Source: Antedon mediterranea (Eukaryota > Animalia > Echinodermata). From it: DNA of 64,000 bases. Positions 12,601-26,410 of this stretch are shown here, in pieces. Under the pieces are notes generated by a model. That model was not told where the DNA came from. It did no database searches and saw nothing but the letters and a program-made list of their open reading frames with translations. The stretch lies in contig NC_092674.1 of the NCBI RefSeq assembly GCF_964355755.1, forward strand, positions 19,220,001 through 19,284,000, read 5' to 3'. Each line of letters begins with the position of its first letter. Positions within the stretch are counted from its first letter, which is position 1. Made by a program: the position numbers and the translations under genes.

Positions 12601-15600
12601 CATTCTAGCGTGATTTTGTACTAAATATGATGACAAGATTTGTTCATTATGGAGCTGTTTTAGGCGCTCCGATAAAATTTCATTTGTAAACGTTTACGAT
12701 ATTGGAATAGTATTAGGCCTATAGTTATACGCAGGATCGTCGTACCCCCAGCGCGAGCAAGCCCTTCTTGGCAACCACATTGTGTACACAGTATTCGACT
12801 AGTATATTCTCCAGTTGATTATAGTATAGACCTCTAGCGTACACACTTCTAGGATACATAGATACTAATCGAATACGATTGTCCGTGAAAACGTGCGCCT
12901 CTCGATAAAAGGATCGAGCGAGGCTAGCCCACACACACACGTGCGGTCATGCACTCGATGTTGCGGGTGCGAAACTCATGAATAACAAGTTAGAAAGAAC
13001 TGACGGAATGGGGGACTTCCCTTCTTGTTGAGGCTGGGCGCGGCCGTCTTATACATCGACGATATAAAAAATACCGATATTTTACTCTCAGTTAGGGGGT
13101 GCGTCTTATACACAGGTGCGACTTATACACCGAAATAATTATACGGTACACTAACTTCTAAAATATTTAATTAGGCCTGCTAACAACGACCTACTGTGTA
13201 GTAGGGCTAGCCTAGGCTAGTTTAGACACGGGGCCTATGGCGCCCAAAACAGAATTAAAGTGTGAAACAAATTATGAATAGATGTTTGAGCTCGTTGTTT
13301 TATTCAGTGTGTTTTGTTACTCTCAAATTTGCGTACAATTAACAGAGAAATTAACTAACTAATTAATTAATTAACTTTTTTCCACCCGCCCCCCTACCAA
13401 AAAAAAAAAACTTGACAGCAAACAAACAATTTTTTTTTTTAGGCCTAATATTGTTCTGAACATTGAGTACAGTTGAATTCAGAGTTTTGGAAAGAAGTAC
13501 CTGATGCTTGTTACTATACACTTAATAAAAATTATACTTTCTAATTCAATGACAATGACAAAACAAAAAAATATTAAAAGGGCATGCATACACAAATGTA
13601 CATTTAACAATGAAGCAATAAATCACAAAATAAATATATCTTTGGGCACATGTTTACCTAAAGCAAGGACCATCCTAGTTTAACACATTGACTGGCAACA
13701 CCACCACCCTCTGTGTCAATTTCTTACAAGCCTAGGAGTTTTCTCCAAAAAAAACCACCTACATAATTAATTAATTCTGACATAGGCAAGCACAATGCAA
13801 AAACTTCGGTACAAATCTCCGCCTTTAGATGTGCCGCGAAACGTAGATTTTATAACATTAGTTTTCAGTTCGACGCTAATGTTCCATATTTCTATCTTAG
13901 GAAGATATTATAAAGAGTTTTTTAACAAAATTTATGATTTCAACAGTAGATTTTCAACTCAATTTCAATTCTTCGCGGTCAAAGTAATTTCCGGGTTTAC
14001 AATGAGTTCACCTTGCAACAACCTGGTTTCAACTATTTTCTCTCTTTTATACACAAGGGAGCAGTTAAAATAATAGATTTGACCCAAAAGGTGACTGGAA
14101 ACAGGCACTTTTCATCAATCAATACAGTGTCCCTTTGGAAGACGGAAGAAAAAAACAGATAGTAGGACTGGAGCTTAAGTTGGCCATTAGTCATAGCCTT
14201 TTTAGTTTTTTGTTTATTTTAACGGACCGCGCGTGTGTGAAAGTACAGTAGTTAAAAAATAAAAATTATACTGAAAATTAATAAAGATCAAATTAAATAT
14301 ACGCCATAAAGAATCGGAATATATTATGGGGAATAGTAATATAACATTACATAGGGAGATTTGATGATAAGACATTTTGTTTAAAATCGAGTGAAATCCC
14401 GATGGCTGAGTTTTATTGAGTAAGCTGGCAGGAATAACTGTAGGCTATCTGTGTCCACTTTTCATATCTATTAGAGGATTTCATGTGATTATATGTTACC
14501 ATATTATTAAAACTAAAAAATTCAACATATATCCCTCGAATAACCACCTCCCTCAAATGAACTCCGCCTCCCCAAAGGGCCCTACCAAACAATAAACACT
14601 ATACTGTAAAATGTTATTAATCATCTAAAACACTGTGAAATAGAGTAGTTTAGTTTTACGATTGTCAAGCATTTTTAATAATGGTAACCGACAAAATATG
14701 TACAAGGAGAACATTATCATTCCGAGAACCATCGTCTACACTTCCTAGAGGGGGAGCGAGCGAAGCGAGCTCACCCTCTAGTATTTCAAATTTGTGTTTA
14801 CTAAAAAATATGAAAATCTGTCTATCTGTAAATATAAATATTTTATTATTGAATACAACTATATCATCTAAAAAAACAATAAGTTAGTTAACCTTTTTTG
14901 TACAATCTTTATATTCACAGGTGGTCGATAATTGGTCTTACAGATCAGCTGCTGTCAAAGAAGATTGACAGGTATGTTCCAATCCCATCAATTACAATAA
15001 CAACAATAAATAGTGGATACATTTGTACACAGTTTATTACGTGCTGTAATTATTTTACTTTATTTTGATAATACATACTGATGTCTAAAAAAACCTAATT
15101 TTTATTTTTTTGTAAATGGTGATTTGCAACTTACTTTAGAAACAAGTAGTAATTTTACATTTAATAAAAGAAATGCATGGTTACACCAATATTAATGTTT
15201 TTAGGCATTAACAAAATAATGATTTCACTTGTAAAAAGACAAAATAAATGTATTTTAAAAATCTATGGCATATTTAAAAACAACATTATAAACCAAAAAG
15301 TTTTGAAGAACTATATATCTTACATACTGATTTACTGAACATTTCGCAAAAATACATTTTATAAGGCCCACCAACTCCATAGAAAAAAGTGTTTTGTTTA
15401 CTACTTTATTCAAGGTTTTAAAAAATATATAATTACAGAGAGAAGTATTTCTTAGATGCATCTGAACTAAATCGTCACGTTTCACGTCACAACCGTCTTG
15501 GTCAGGAAGAGGATGCAACTCAACAGTCGGTGAATGCCATGAAAATTACTTTCAATCCAGAGTATCCTTTGAAGTTTGAATCTCAGACTTTAGTATGTAC

Positions 15601-18600
15601 TTCTTAAAACTACAGGTCATTTCATCCAAAGATTTGATTGGCTGAGTTCACAAATATCATCAAACTAAAACTAGTTTTTCAAAAGGTGCATGGCCTAACT
15701 AATTTTCTGTAGGTTACCAAAGTCTGTTAATTCAGTGTCTAGACTGACAAACTTTGGAAGATATTGTGGTTGCCAAGTTCAAATTGTTCTCACATTTACC
15801 AACTAAAGTTTACTTTTAAACTAGGTTGTGCACCTCGGTTTGCTTGCAACAATCAAATAAGATTGTTCATTTGATCCTGCTGCATGCTTAAGAATTAGAG
15901 TTCCAAAAGAGTTCTAATGTCACAGACAAACAAACAGTTTGGTAAAGTTTTTTACTATAGACTAGGCTTTACACACAATATGTGGTATATGAGGTACTGA
16001 TCTTTAGAATTTATCAAAGAACCATTAATACGTTTATCAATCTTGTTGTTTAGTAATCGGTTGTGAAATGTTTCCAGCTATTACAATAATTTTCCCTAAA
16101 ATTGTACTACAATAGACTTCAATTAGCACTGTATCGTCATTGGTCACTTTTTGATAGCATTTGCCATTCATCTTACACAGCCTGCAAGTAAGTGGATTTG
16201 TCAATTTTTAATTAGGTAGTCATGTCAGATGATTGCTTGGATGACATAACGTTTGTGTAATTTGACAACATACTTTCTCTGTTATTTAAAAAGGGCTGTT
16301 GCACTCTTGTAATAATTTTTAGGAGTCTTTCAATTTTCGACAACTTAAATAGGTCATATGTTATTGAATGTCATGTCAATTCAACCATTGTGCTTATGCA
16401 GAAAAGTTGGGATGTGACATGACCTAGGTCATTGGTCACCACAAATCAAAACCTTTACGGTTAGCTGTTCAAAATCTATCATTTAACAATTTCCTATTGT
16501 ATTTTTCTACAGTCTACGGTTATGGACAGCAAGAGGTTTTAAGAAACTGCATGAGTTTTTAGCAGATATGGGGATGCCTCTAACACAGTGTAAACAGAAA
16601 TTTACAGCCATGGATATAGCATACAGGGAAACATTCTGTGATTCACTGCAAAACTCTGGAAAGAAATATGGGTAAGCAAAAAAATCATTGTCAACATAAT
16701 TAGGGTATGTTAAGACAGCATTAAGATGGCGTTATGTAAGTGGCGTACATAGTTTTGTGTCTGAACTAGGCCGCGGATTAGCATTAGGGAACTGCCAGTG
16801 GCATTAATAACCCTAGCAGGGAGAGGGTAGATTTAATAATGCTAAACTTTAATGCGTTTGTGATGAATGTATGCATGTTCTATCTGCTTAGAAATAATGA
16901 TTAAATGTTGATCATTGTGTCTAAACGCCTTGACTTTTAACGCCATGGACTACCACACGCCTTGCATTAAATAACGTTGTGAGTCTGAACATACCCTTAA
17001 TTTACAATAAAATTACAAAATTTATGATTCATTACAATATGTGACGAATTTTCAGGAAGAGTGTAATGAATACAATTAGCCAATCACAGCTTTATTTTGA
17101 CAATTTTACTCAGACTTGTTTTGTTAATTGCTTTTTTTTTATTTGGTTCATAATTTGCTTATCTTGGTAAATTAATTTTCCACCTTAAGAATGAATCTTG
17201 GTACTGTACCTATCAGTATACCACAATGTGTAAATATGTTTATTCCTGAAGATAAACAAATAAAGGAATGAATATTGAATCATAATGGCTTGCCTCACTT
17301 TTTTAGGAGTTTGTTTTTTATTATCATTACTAAGATATGTTGTTCATATTTTGTGGCGGTATAGATACTGTATGTGTGGCATTTACATTCTTACTGTTCT
17401 TTCTTATGTCTGTTAACAATTTAATTATTTGGTTTTGACTAGGCTAGATCAGATTACTGTTCCTTCATTCTATGCACAGTTTGGCTATAAAAACAAGGTT
17501 AGTATATATTTTATTTATAATTTTTGCAAATAAAATTCTAACATCACATAATTCGGTCAGTTTAGAAATTTAGTAAAAAAAATGTTTCTTCTGAACAATT
17601 GTCTATTTAGTACATACATAATGTCTTGCATGTGATGTTGTTTTGTTTTTGTAGTTTTGTGCTTTTGATGCAGTCCATGCTGCCTCTGCCTTGCTAGAAT
17701 CAATAGTAAGTTTATCTATTTTTGAACTGTAATTATTAAATTTAAAACTACTGTTCTGCTGTTCCACTATACGTTGGAGATGTGAAATGTGACAAAGGCC
17801 CAGTTGGCCTAATAAATAAAACAATGTGTAGGTTTCACTGTACAAGTTTAAAAAAAAAATGTTTTGTTTTTAGGAGAAGGACAAGGTGGGAGATGCAAAC
17901 TTTTTAGAAGCACTTGATGCATTGTCAAGGTAATGAATATCAATACCAAATATAGCAATACATTGCTATTTTATGCTTGATTGGCTTTTGTGATCTATTT
18001 ACCAATAGTCGCTGATCAAAGAACATTGTAAAGTAAATTTTATTCTTTGTTAAACAACTTATTATTGAAATTAAAATTATTATTATGTATATCCAAGCAT
18101 GGAGCTATCTAATTTTATAGCTCTATGATCCAAGATAGTTAATTTGTATTTTGATAAATGTATTTTTTTTTTAAATCCAGGGTTCATTTAGACAAACTTG
18201 AATGTGGTTTGGAGATCAGTAAGCGTCAACACAAGGCAATTGTAAGCCAGATCAGAACACTGTTAGACATGAATCATGTGGTTTCTGCTGGACCATTCCT
18301 GTATGCCTACATACAAGAAGGCACGCTTGATGTCAAGTTCTTCTCTAAGGCAAACTGTCTTGCTCTGCTTGCTAGATTCACGCTTGAGGCATTTGTAAAA
18401 ATGGTAGGATTTTGTTTTTTAGTCATGATTAAATAATTAAATTCTATCAGAATCAGAATAAGCAGAAAACACCAAAAATAATTTCTTTAGAAATTCAGCA
18501 AAAAATTAAATTAATAGAATATTGTTTATTTTGAAAATGTTATGCATAGGAAAAAATAGTTTCAAATGTAAAAATTATAGAAATATAAAAATCATCCCAA

Positions 18601-20678
18601 AAAACAGTTTATTATAACCCAATTTACAACAAACATTTTTCAATTCCTATCTAATAAAATGACTAGTAATTGTAAATTTAACCATAACAAATATATATAG
18701 AAATTACCTAGTACAAGTATAATTTTTTTTTAGTCTAAAAGTAAAAAAGTGAAGAATCTGCCACTGGTAATGGTTGCCCCTTTAAATTTTGAGCAAGGAA
18801 CATCTCTAGTTGTTGGTGTACCGCCACTCATGGAATTAGAGAATTCACCTAGAAGGTATGGTTGTATTTGATATTTTAATTTGAATGAAAACTGGTCTGA
18901 AAGTATTCAATTTGTAGATGATTTTATTGTGACTGACGTTTGATGTAATAACAGACTCTAGCTTTGCATCAGAAAGCTAAACAAAAATATAGAAAGTTGT
19001 ATAATAGTTTAATTATCATCATGTTGGCCATTGTGCTAGTTTAGTGGTTAAAAATAAAGGTATTTATTCTGGTCCTCAAGCTTAACATGAAACTGAGAAA
19101 ATTGGGTTAATAGGCCCACAACATACCTAGCAGCCAGTAGTGCAGCACCTACCAGCTGCAGCACACATGGAGACAATCCTCTACAATGTCTATATACAAC
19201 TTTACATACTCTGAAATTGTCAACCTGTCTGTAGATAGATAAGATTTCTGTTAAAATTTTTACATTAGTTTGTTTGGGCGTGCATTTGAACAAACAGCTG
19301 AGAAGACTGGTTCTAGAGTTCTGCATGACAGCTTTGATCCTTCAAGTAAGAAACATTTCATTGTATCCATTTCATTTTTACTAACCTATTTTATATTCTA
19401 TGATTACCAATATCTAAGATATCTAAATATATCAGATATTATATAACACCTAAATAAATTCCTGTCATTTGATTGGACGATTGTTTAACATCGCGTGCAA
19501 TAGTATGCACTATTACACGGTCGTCTAATAATACTTTTTTCTGTGTACAAAAAAAATCGTCGCAAAGATTGAATGTTATGACTGGTTTTGCGATGGAAGT
19601 ACATTTTGTTGCGGATAACCATTGTAATATTGTCAGGATCTTTTTATTTCATCTTTATTCTTCTTTCTTTCCACGATTTTTGTGCACAGTCTATCTCAAA
19701 AACCTGTATGCATAACCTTTTGTAACTTTACCAGAATTTAAACCTTTATCTGAAGATGTCGTAAGGTTCACTAACGCCAGATTTGCCGCAGCGTAACATA
19801 CGTGTTATTTTATGAAATTCTAAAATAAATTCAGAATGATATATCATTTTTTATTGAAACTTAATAAAATCATAATTTATAAAAGGGGTCAACTTTGTAT
19901 GGAATTTTAAATATGTTCTTGATAAATAAATTTTCTTTCACATGAGTTACAACAATTTTCATTTTTATTATTTCATCATATAAAAAAAATTAGAATAACA
20001 TGAGTTACTTAATTTAATCTATTCAGTAAATTTCAATATTTTATAGCTCATCAAAATGATAAGTTACCCACAGTATTGGAACTTGTTATGGAAGCTGTTG
20101 AATTGTAGATATGAATTCATATAAAAATGTTGTCTATCGGATGTCATGACGTCATGTCATGGCTGGTTGAATTCAAATAGTCGGATGTTCACCTCTTTCG
20201 TAAACATTGGTCGCGTTTAAAAGAGTGTGCATCTTGCTTTTACATGCCTGAAATTCTTCAATCTTTTATGAATGTAATTATTTAGATAATTATCTTCTAA
20301 AAATGCTTCATTTTTATGACGTCATCATGTTAAAAATTGGAATAAAAGATGGGTCTCGCAATTTCTTCTATGCTACACTGTATATTATTATATACAGTGT
20401 ATTCTGTCAAAATACTGTATACTGTATGACACAGAGACACAATTTATCACTGTAAACATTTATTTCATGTCATAGGATGTCATATTTTAACGTATGTGCA
20501 TGTTGCGTTTGAGCGGATAACCCAAATTCGTCAAAGTGACAAGTTCAAATCTATTTTTTTAAATTATTGAAAAATGTATTTATTAACAATCTTGTTTTAA
20601 ATTGTTTTGCTAGTATTTGCACTGAAAACTGAAGATAGAAGCAAATTCTTTGATGCACTAGTATCACTACTCTCATGA
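9661..20678 (+). CDS. CDC45: Cell division control protein 45 (3' part; 5' exons lie upstream of the window)
   Basis: In-frame GT-AG exons: 9661-9732 (VKLLLDSTEQLTIPSYEDIFNDEE), 10268-10336, 10463-10570, 12118-12179 (YQLAWKLSKDSNDLLW), 14921-14971, 15439-15561, 16116-16187 (LALYRHWSLFDS), 16513-16671 (LHEFLADMGMPL), 17443-17497, 17655-17705, 17874-17929, 18181-18403, 18734-18855, 19269-19345 (FGRAFEQTAEKT), 20614-20678 (EDRSKFFDALVSLLS*). These match recalled CDC45 motifs. Confidence 0.96.
10705..11846 (+). mobile_element. Helentron-associated (HINE/DINE-like) non-autonomous element
   Basis: 5' hairpin GGTTATCTGC-acttg-GCGGATAACC; 3' GCGGATAACC followed by stem-loop AACTCGTC-cgtagc-GACGAGTT and CTAG; T-rich flanks. 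Confidence 0.65.
12200..13445. mobile_element. MITE with GGCC termini and TAA TSD (Zator or PIF/Harbinger-like) containing a nested Tc1/mariner-type MITE (~12378-13148)
   Basis: TAA|GGCC(A)n..TTTGTTTGCTGTCA and TGACAGCAAACAAAC..(T)nAGGCC|TAA; inner inverted ends CGTATACTTCGGTGTATAATCGCAC / GTGCGACTTATACACCGAAATAATTATACG. Confidence 0.7.
15562..16115 (+). other. U12-type (minor spliceosome) GT-AG intron in CDC45
   Basis: 5' splice site GTATCCTTTG; branch-like TTTCCCTAAA about 15 nt before the AG; no polypyrimidine tract; reading frame joins (NPE|LQLALY). Confidence 0.8.
16703..16996. mobile_element. PIF/Harbinger-like MITE
   Basis: TTA|GGGTATGTTAAGAC ... GTCTGAACATACCC|TTA (TIR plus TTA TSD). 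Confidence 0.75.
19580..20560 (+). mobile_element. Diverged copy of the same HINE-like family as 10705-11846
   Basis: Shares GCGGATAACC..CAGGATCTTTTT at the 5' end and GCGGATAACCC..GACAAGTTCAAATCTA at the 3' end; colinear interior. Confidence 0.6.
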
Positions 20679-23600
20679 ATCGCATTACTGGATGAATTGG
20701 TGCCCCCTATAATAGAAAGCAGGTATAATTGGAAAATACAACATATGCTGTATGAAAGGAAATAAAAGACTTATGCAAAACAAAATTCATAGCCAATGTG
20801 TGACATTTAAAACAATTTGGTAATAATTTAATAAATTAAATGTAAATAAAGGTCAGGTGTTCTTTTTGACCGAGGTATTAGGTTTATATTTATGATATGT
20901 TAATGTATTCATTATTTTGAATAATATATGGATACAGTATATACAGTATAACTAAAAACTAATAAATTCCCTGCATAATATCTAGATATTAAACTCAGTG
21001 TACAGCATTTTTCTCATAATATCTATGCAACTGTCATAAATATTGTGAATCAAAGTCAAAAAATATTTATTTAGAAAGCAAGTATATGCCCTACTGCTGT
21101 GTATTGTGTGGTCTAAAAATGATATGGTTTCATTTGATTATAACATGTGTTTTAGCCTACCAGTTACATTAAAATGTACACAAAGATATTATCATCAACA
21201 ATTGCTGAATTGTAGTTAGGATTTTCATTATAAACATTGTAAAAACGGAAATGATTTTCATTTTGAAGTTTTGAACAATGAATGTAGTCTAAAATGATAG
21301 TGTACTGTATTTGATTTGATATTTTTGGAATAAATTATTATACAATACAAAAGATAAACATACATGTATGTTATCAAGATATAACTGAATATACATAGTG
21401 GACTGCTTTATCTATGACAAACATACTGTGATAAACAAAACTAACAAACAATGTATACAGAAGCATAGGTGCAATCTTAAATCAGCATTTAACAAATTGT
21501 TTTTGGTTTACTCTACTTAATAATAAGACATTTGCTAGGCTATTATATATCCACAGTGACCCATGTTATATCTACCCAGAGTTTCTGATATGTAGGCTTA
21601 TACTGTACTATATACACTATAGGAACATCTAACATTAAATACGTTGTGTGAAGTTGATCAAAATCAAAATTTGATTATATTACGGTGGAAAAAAAATATT
21701 AAGATTAATGCAAAAAATGTTCAGAGAAATTAATGCAAAAAATGTTCACTGAATGAAAGAGAAATTTATGAAATATAGCAAATAGTCTTATTTTTTTAGA
21801 ATGAATTATTTCTTTTCGAATTCTAAATAATGTTGTAATATGCCTGCAAGATGTGACCTATTACATAAAAAACTACCAAAAACGATCATAGAGTAAAGTA
21901 AGCAGATTCAAGCGCAAGTTGCAATTAATATCAGTATTAGGCCTAACAATACATAGAAACTTAAATTGCAATTTCACCTGCCATTACATTACACTTTTTG
22001 TGATGAGGATTCATGAGTGTATAGACTTTGTTGGTCATTGTCGTTAATATAGATATAAATACTGTAGCATCACATGAACTTTGATTAATCTGTTTGTTCT
22101 GTCAATATAAACTTTTTGTTACTATGTACGTACATATTCAAAGGTGTACCCATACAATTGTTACTCTCATTGTAAAATTGAAATTTTTACCGTACAATGT
22201 AAACGGACAGTTTAGGCTAATCTACCTTGTAATACTTACTATATTATTTTATTCAAACATTTAACGGAGAATTTGTGAGGAGCCAGCTTGATAAGGTATT
22301 GTAATCATTTATAGATCATATAATATATAAACCATAGATATGTACAGTATTATATCTATAATATGTATTAACTGACACAAGTATGGCCGGAGTATGGCCG
22401 CTGCATGCAGAGCCTAAGTTTGGAACCGCGGATCAAACATGGATTAAGGAATTAATCCATAATCAAACCTACTTTGAAAGCCATGGGACAATCGCTCAAT
22501 TAATATTCAGTTCTGTAGGCTACAACGTTTTATTCTGCCAACCTTTAATCGTAAGCCTATCGACGTCTCTACAATTGTAGTTTTTGTGAAATTTAAAAGA
22601 ATTACTTTAGGACTGATTAAACGCCGCTGTCAACCAGGTGCTGAACCAGAATTATTTCGCAAACCTTACAGTTGATATAAAATATTGAAGTTGTGTATGA
22701 TTTATGAACATGACAAGACATGAAACGTCGCGATGTATCCACAATAAAGTGATTATCGGCATTTGCACTGTCGTTGTTGCAACATCTTATTACCGAGTTG
22801 CAACAACTTATGTTTTCTTTTTACACTTACTGAAAAGTGGCGGATCCAGGATTTTTTAAAATAGTGATGCCCAGGGCCTAAACATAGTAAAAATAATTGC
22901 TGAAATTAACCTAATATCCCATATTTTGCATGGCACCCTTTTGGGTCCGCCGATGAGGCGTCTATATTAGAAGGCCTACAATAAAATATAAAATGCGAAC
23001 TGAAACTTGCACGTCACGAAACTTCTTTTTATCTAGAGCTTGTTTACCATGATTACTAGTTTTGGCCTGTGCTGTGCTCCACGGAAATGTCTTATTGATA
23101 TAGGCACAGGCCTACACAAGTCAAAGTATTGACCCAATCGAAATGATGTCTTCCATGGAACGTGGTAATTAAGTTAATCGATGTCTTTACCTTGAATGAA
23201 TTATTGTATTCATCGTTATGCATCTCTTACACATGGCGTTGACAGGCTATGAGTTTCTTTTATTTCAGTTCTTCTCAATATAGGTGATGACACTGATATT
23301 TGTTCATTGAAAGATCAGAACAAATCTTACACGTATAGTTGGTTGGATGTGAAGATAGTAATACTCTTTTTGTTCAAAATGATTCCTGGTAAGTGAAACG
23401 ATACATATTTTTCAGTGTTTAAGTTCAAAATTAGTAGCAGTAAGCCTAGGCATATTCAATGTCGTATACGTATGATACATTTGAACTTAAGATAATTTGT
23501 TTGAAACTTAAATAAAGAATTTGCACGTAGAAAAATATTTAGGCGTAACATTGACATTTTAATTTGATTTGGTGGGAATTGGTGAAGATACTTTTGTAAT

Positions 23601-23689
23601 AATATTGAAAAAACAATTCCATTTTGTACAATGGCCGTAAAATCGCACACGAACATTCGTCTGTGATGCTGAATGTTTTTTTAATATAG

Positions 23690-23758
23690 TTATGTGACCA
23701 TTTAAAAAATAGCTCTGTAAATTTGTTTCACTCAAAATGCTAAATTGCCTATAGCCTA
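23690..23758 (-). mobile_element. Remnant terminal repeat of the Academ family seen at 133-3463
   Basis: TGACCATTTAAAAAA..ATTTGTTTCACTCAAAATGCTA..TAGCCTA is the reverse complement of the TIR at 133-200. Confidence 0.6.
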
Positions 23759-25099
23759 CTGTATGTGGCCTATCTGTCTCATTTCATTTGTTTTGTATTT
23801 CATCAAATAATAAAATATTAACTGGTCACAAAGTAGGCCTACAAACCATTTTATGAATTAGACGGAAATCACTATAATTACTAATTCGCTAACGAACTCC
23901 CTAAAGTGTAAACATTATATCATATAAAAACACCAAAAAAAAACAGATAAAGGAAACATGGAATATAGGCTATACAATTGTTTAAACTTCAGCGCTTAGT
24001 AAACCTATACATTTTGTTGATATAACCCATACATGTACATGTCTGACGTAATGTTATAACACAATCTGTAAAAAGTGAAGCCAAAAAACATTAGGGCCGA
24101 ATGAATAGATCTTAATGATTCCAGTGTTCATTTTGCTAAATTTAACGCCATTATCACCTTTGTACCATATGGGACCAATTTAACGACTTAACACAACTTT
24201 TTGAAATCTGGTTATCTTATAATTATTGATAATTTGTTTAGAAACATAATTATTTAGTTACATTTCTACAGATGTTCAAAATAAATGCTTTGTTAGATTC
24301 ACTACCGTATTCAATTTATTTGACACCTTTTTTTTTCATATAATGTTACGGGTATAGAAAGTATAACATTGCACATGAATATTACAGTTGTAAATGAATT
24401 ACCATGAAAGGGTGTGGTATTATTATTAGAATGTCAATCTCCCTTTACTCAAAACTTTTACTTATCATTTCTATGTAAATGTACAATTCAAATGATTTTA
24501 TGTAACAATGATAAATCAAAATTCATATCATTCTTGATACTTTAGGCACTGTTTTGCACTGTTCTCAAATGTAAGTTTTGTTTTATATCATCCTACCATA
24601 TTCCACGTCCCACCATATACAATATTAACTTTATGATATTGACATTAACCGACACAAATGTTGTCCCGGTAACTCAATGTCCTACGAATACTTGGTAACC
24701 ATCAATTTCAATATTGAGTAGGCCTATAAAGTTTGTATGTAAATGCCTATTATATTAGGTATTATATTCGCCTTTATAATTATTATTTAAAGTCCCGGCC
24801 ATGACGTCCATGACCACAATAATAACCATACTGTCACAATAAAACCATTGATCAATAAAAGTAATTTAACGTCGGTAAACAATAACATCAAGAACAATGA
24901 CACATAGAATGAAATATCAATACAACGTAATAAAGATTAACAGGACCCAATTGAAGAAAATCCATGCCTACTCAAACACGTAGATGTGTTTGTAAACACA
25001 TTTCCAGTGAGTCAATTGAATAATCTATATATAAATTTACGTAAGGGCAAACTTATCTAAATCGCGCGTTATTTCTAGAATGTTTACTCGATGGTATAT

Positions 25100-26410
25100 A
25101 AAGTTGGTTCGTACTTTCGGTACTGATTTTAACCGCCTGATGTAACCCTGTTTACTAATTAAATTGAGTTCGATAATTAGTTATTGACGATTAAAACGAA
25201 TTTAGGTTCAACGATTTGCCCCAAATAGGGGTGTTTTTCGATCGTGGTATACACAGTCTAATGGATGTCCGTCTTGAAAAATACCCGCAGACGATAATAC
25301 GAGGATGCTTCGCATTTCCTATCTCCTCCTACGATAATTGTTTTTAATAGCTGAAAACCGGTTGAACAGCTCGAGTACAGCATCATAATGTTGAAGACAG
25401 GCCGATTTTTTAAAAAAAATACTATTTTGATAGATTTAATATACGTTTATACAAATGTATTGATTTGCGATGAATGGAACATTCCAATCTCTGTTCCACA
25501 AGTGTCTATTCCCTCAGGCGTCGTAAAGGCAAGTACTGTATACTCATAACAGAAATTCGATCCATTTTTGTTTCAATCTGTGCTGCAGTGGTTGGATATA
25601 CATATTTTTTAAACGGATAATGAGCTAGAGTTTTCACTCGCCGTATATTATGTACAAATCTTTATTGCAATTAAACCACCCACATCATATACGTTGTAAA
25701 ACCAGTAGAGGATAGGCCTACGGTACATCACATGCCCTAAACGCAGAACAACTTTGGTGGGTAGGGTAGGAACCAACTTAAGTATGAATTGGCTCTAAGA
25801 AACAATTGAAAACCATTAGGCCTACTTATTAAGTTGAGTTAGATAATTTAATATTTATTGACGATCAAATCGAATTTATGATTTGCCCCGAATAGAGGTG
25901 GTTTTCACAAATTGTTTTCACAAATTGTTTTACATTATACAAACATATACACGTCGTAGTGATGTTACATCGTTACATGTACTGTACTATTTCAATCAAC
26001 TTGGACGGTTATAGCTTCAACAAAGTATTACATCGCAATGTTTTACTGTGTTTAGTGGTATATTATTTGTAAAACATGAAAACAATTAATATTTCGTTAC
26101 TAAATAGATAAAGAATATATTTAAAAATTGTTCCTCTTTCCACCCATCCTCTTCCCCATCCCTCAACCCTAATGTTACATACAAAACACAAATTAAGTTT
26201 GTTTAAATTTGACTAAACAATTGGTCTCATTTTTTGACAAGTTTCTCTTTCGGAAGTAATTCCCAGGGTGCTATTTTTAGTTGAGTACATAAATCACATT
26301 GTCTATTTATTCGTTCCTGTAAACGACATGTATTTGTCCTGCGGTACGTACTTTTGAAATCGCCAGTTTTTTAACGCTGAAATTATTATGTATTCGAGAA
26401 CCATCTAGTA
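25100..26410 (+). mobile_element. Dispersed repeat (Helitron/HINE-like family ending in GAGAACCATCTAG)
   Basis: 26030-26410 is colinear with 52330-52720; related hairpin-CTAG ends at 14715-14781 and, inverted, 38209-38390. Left boundary approximate. Confidence 0.55.
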
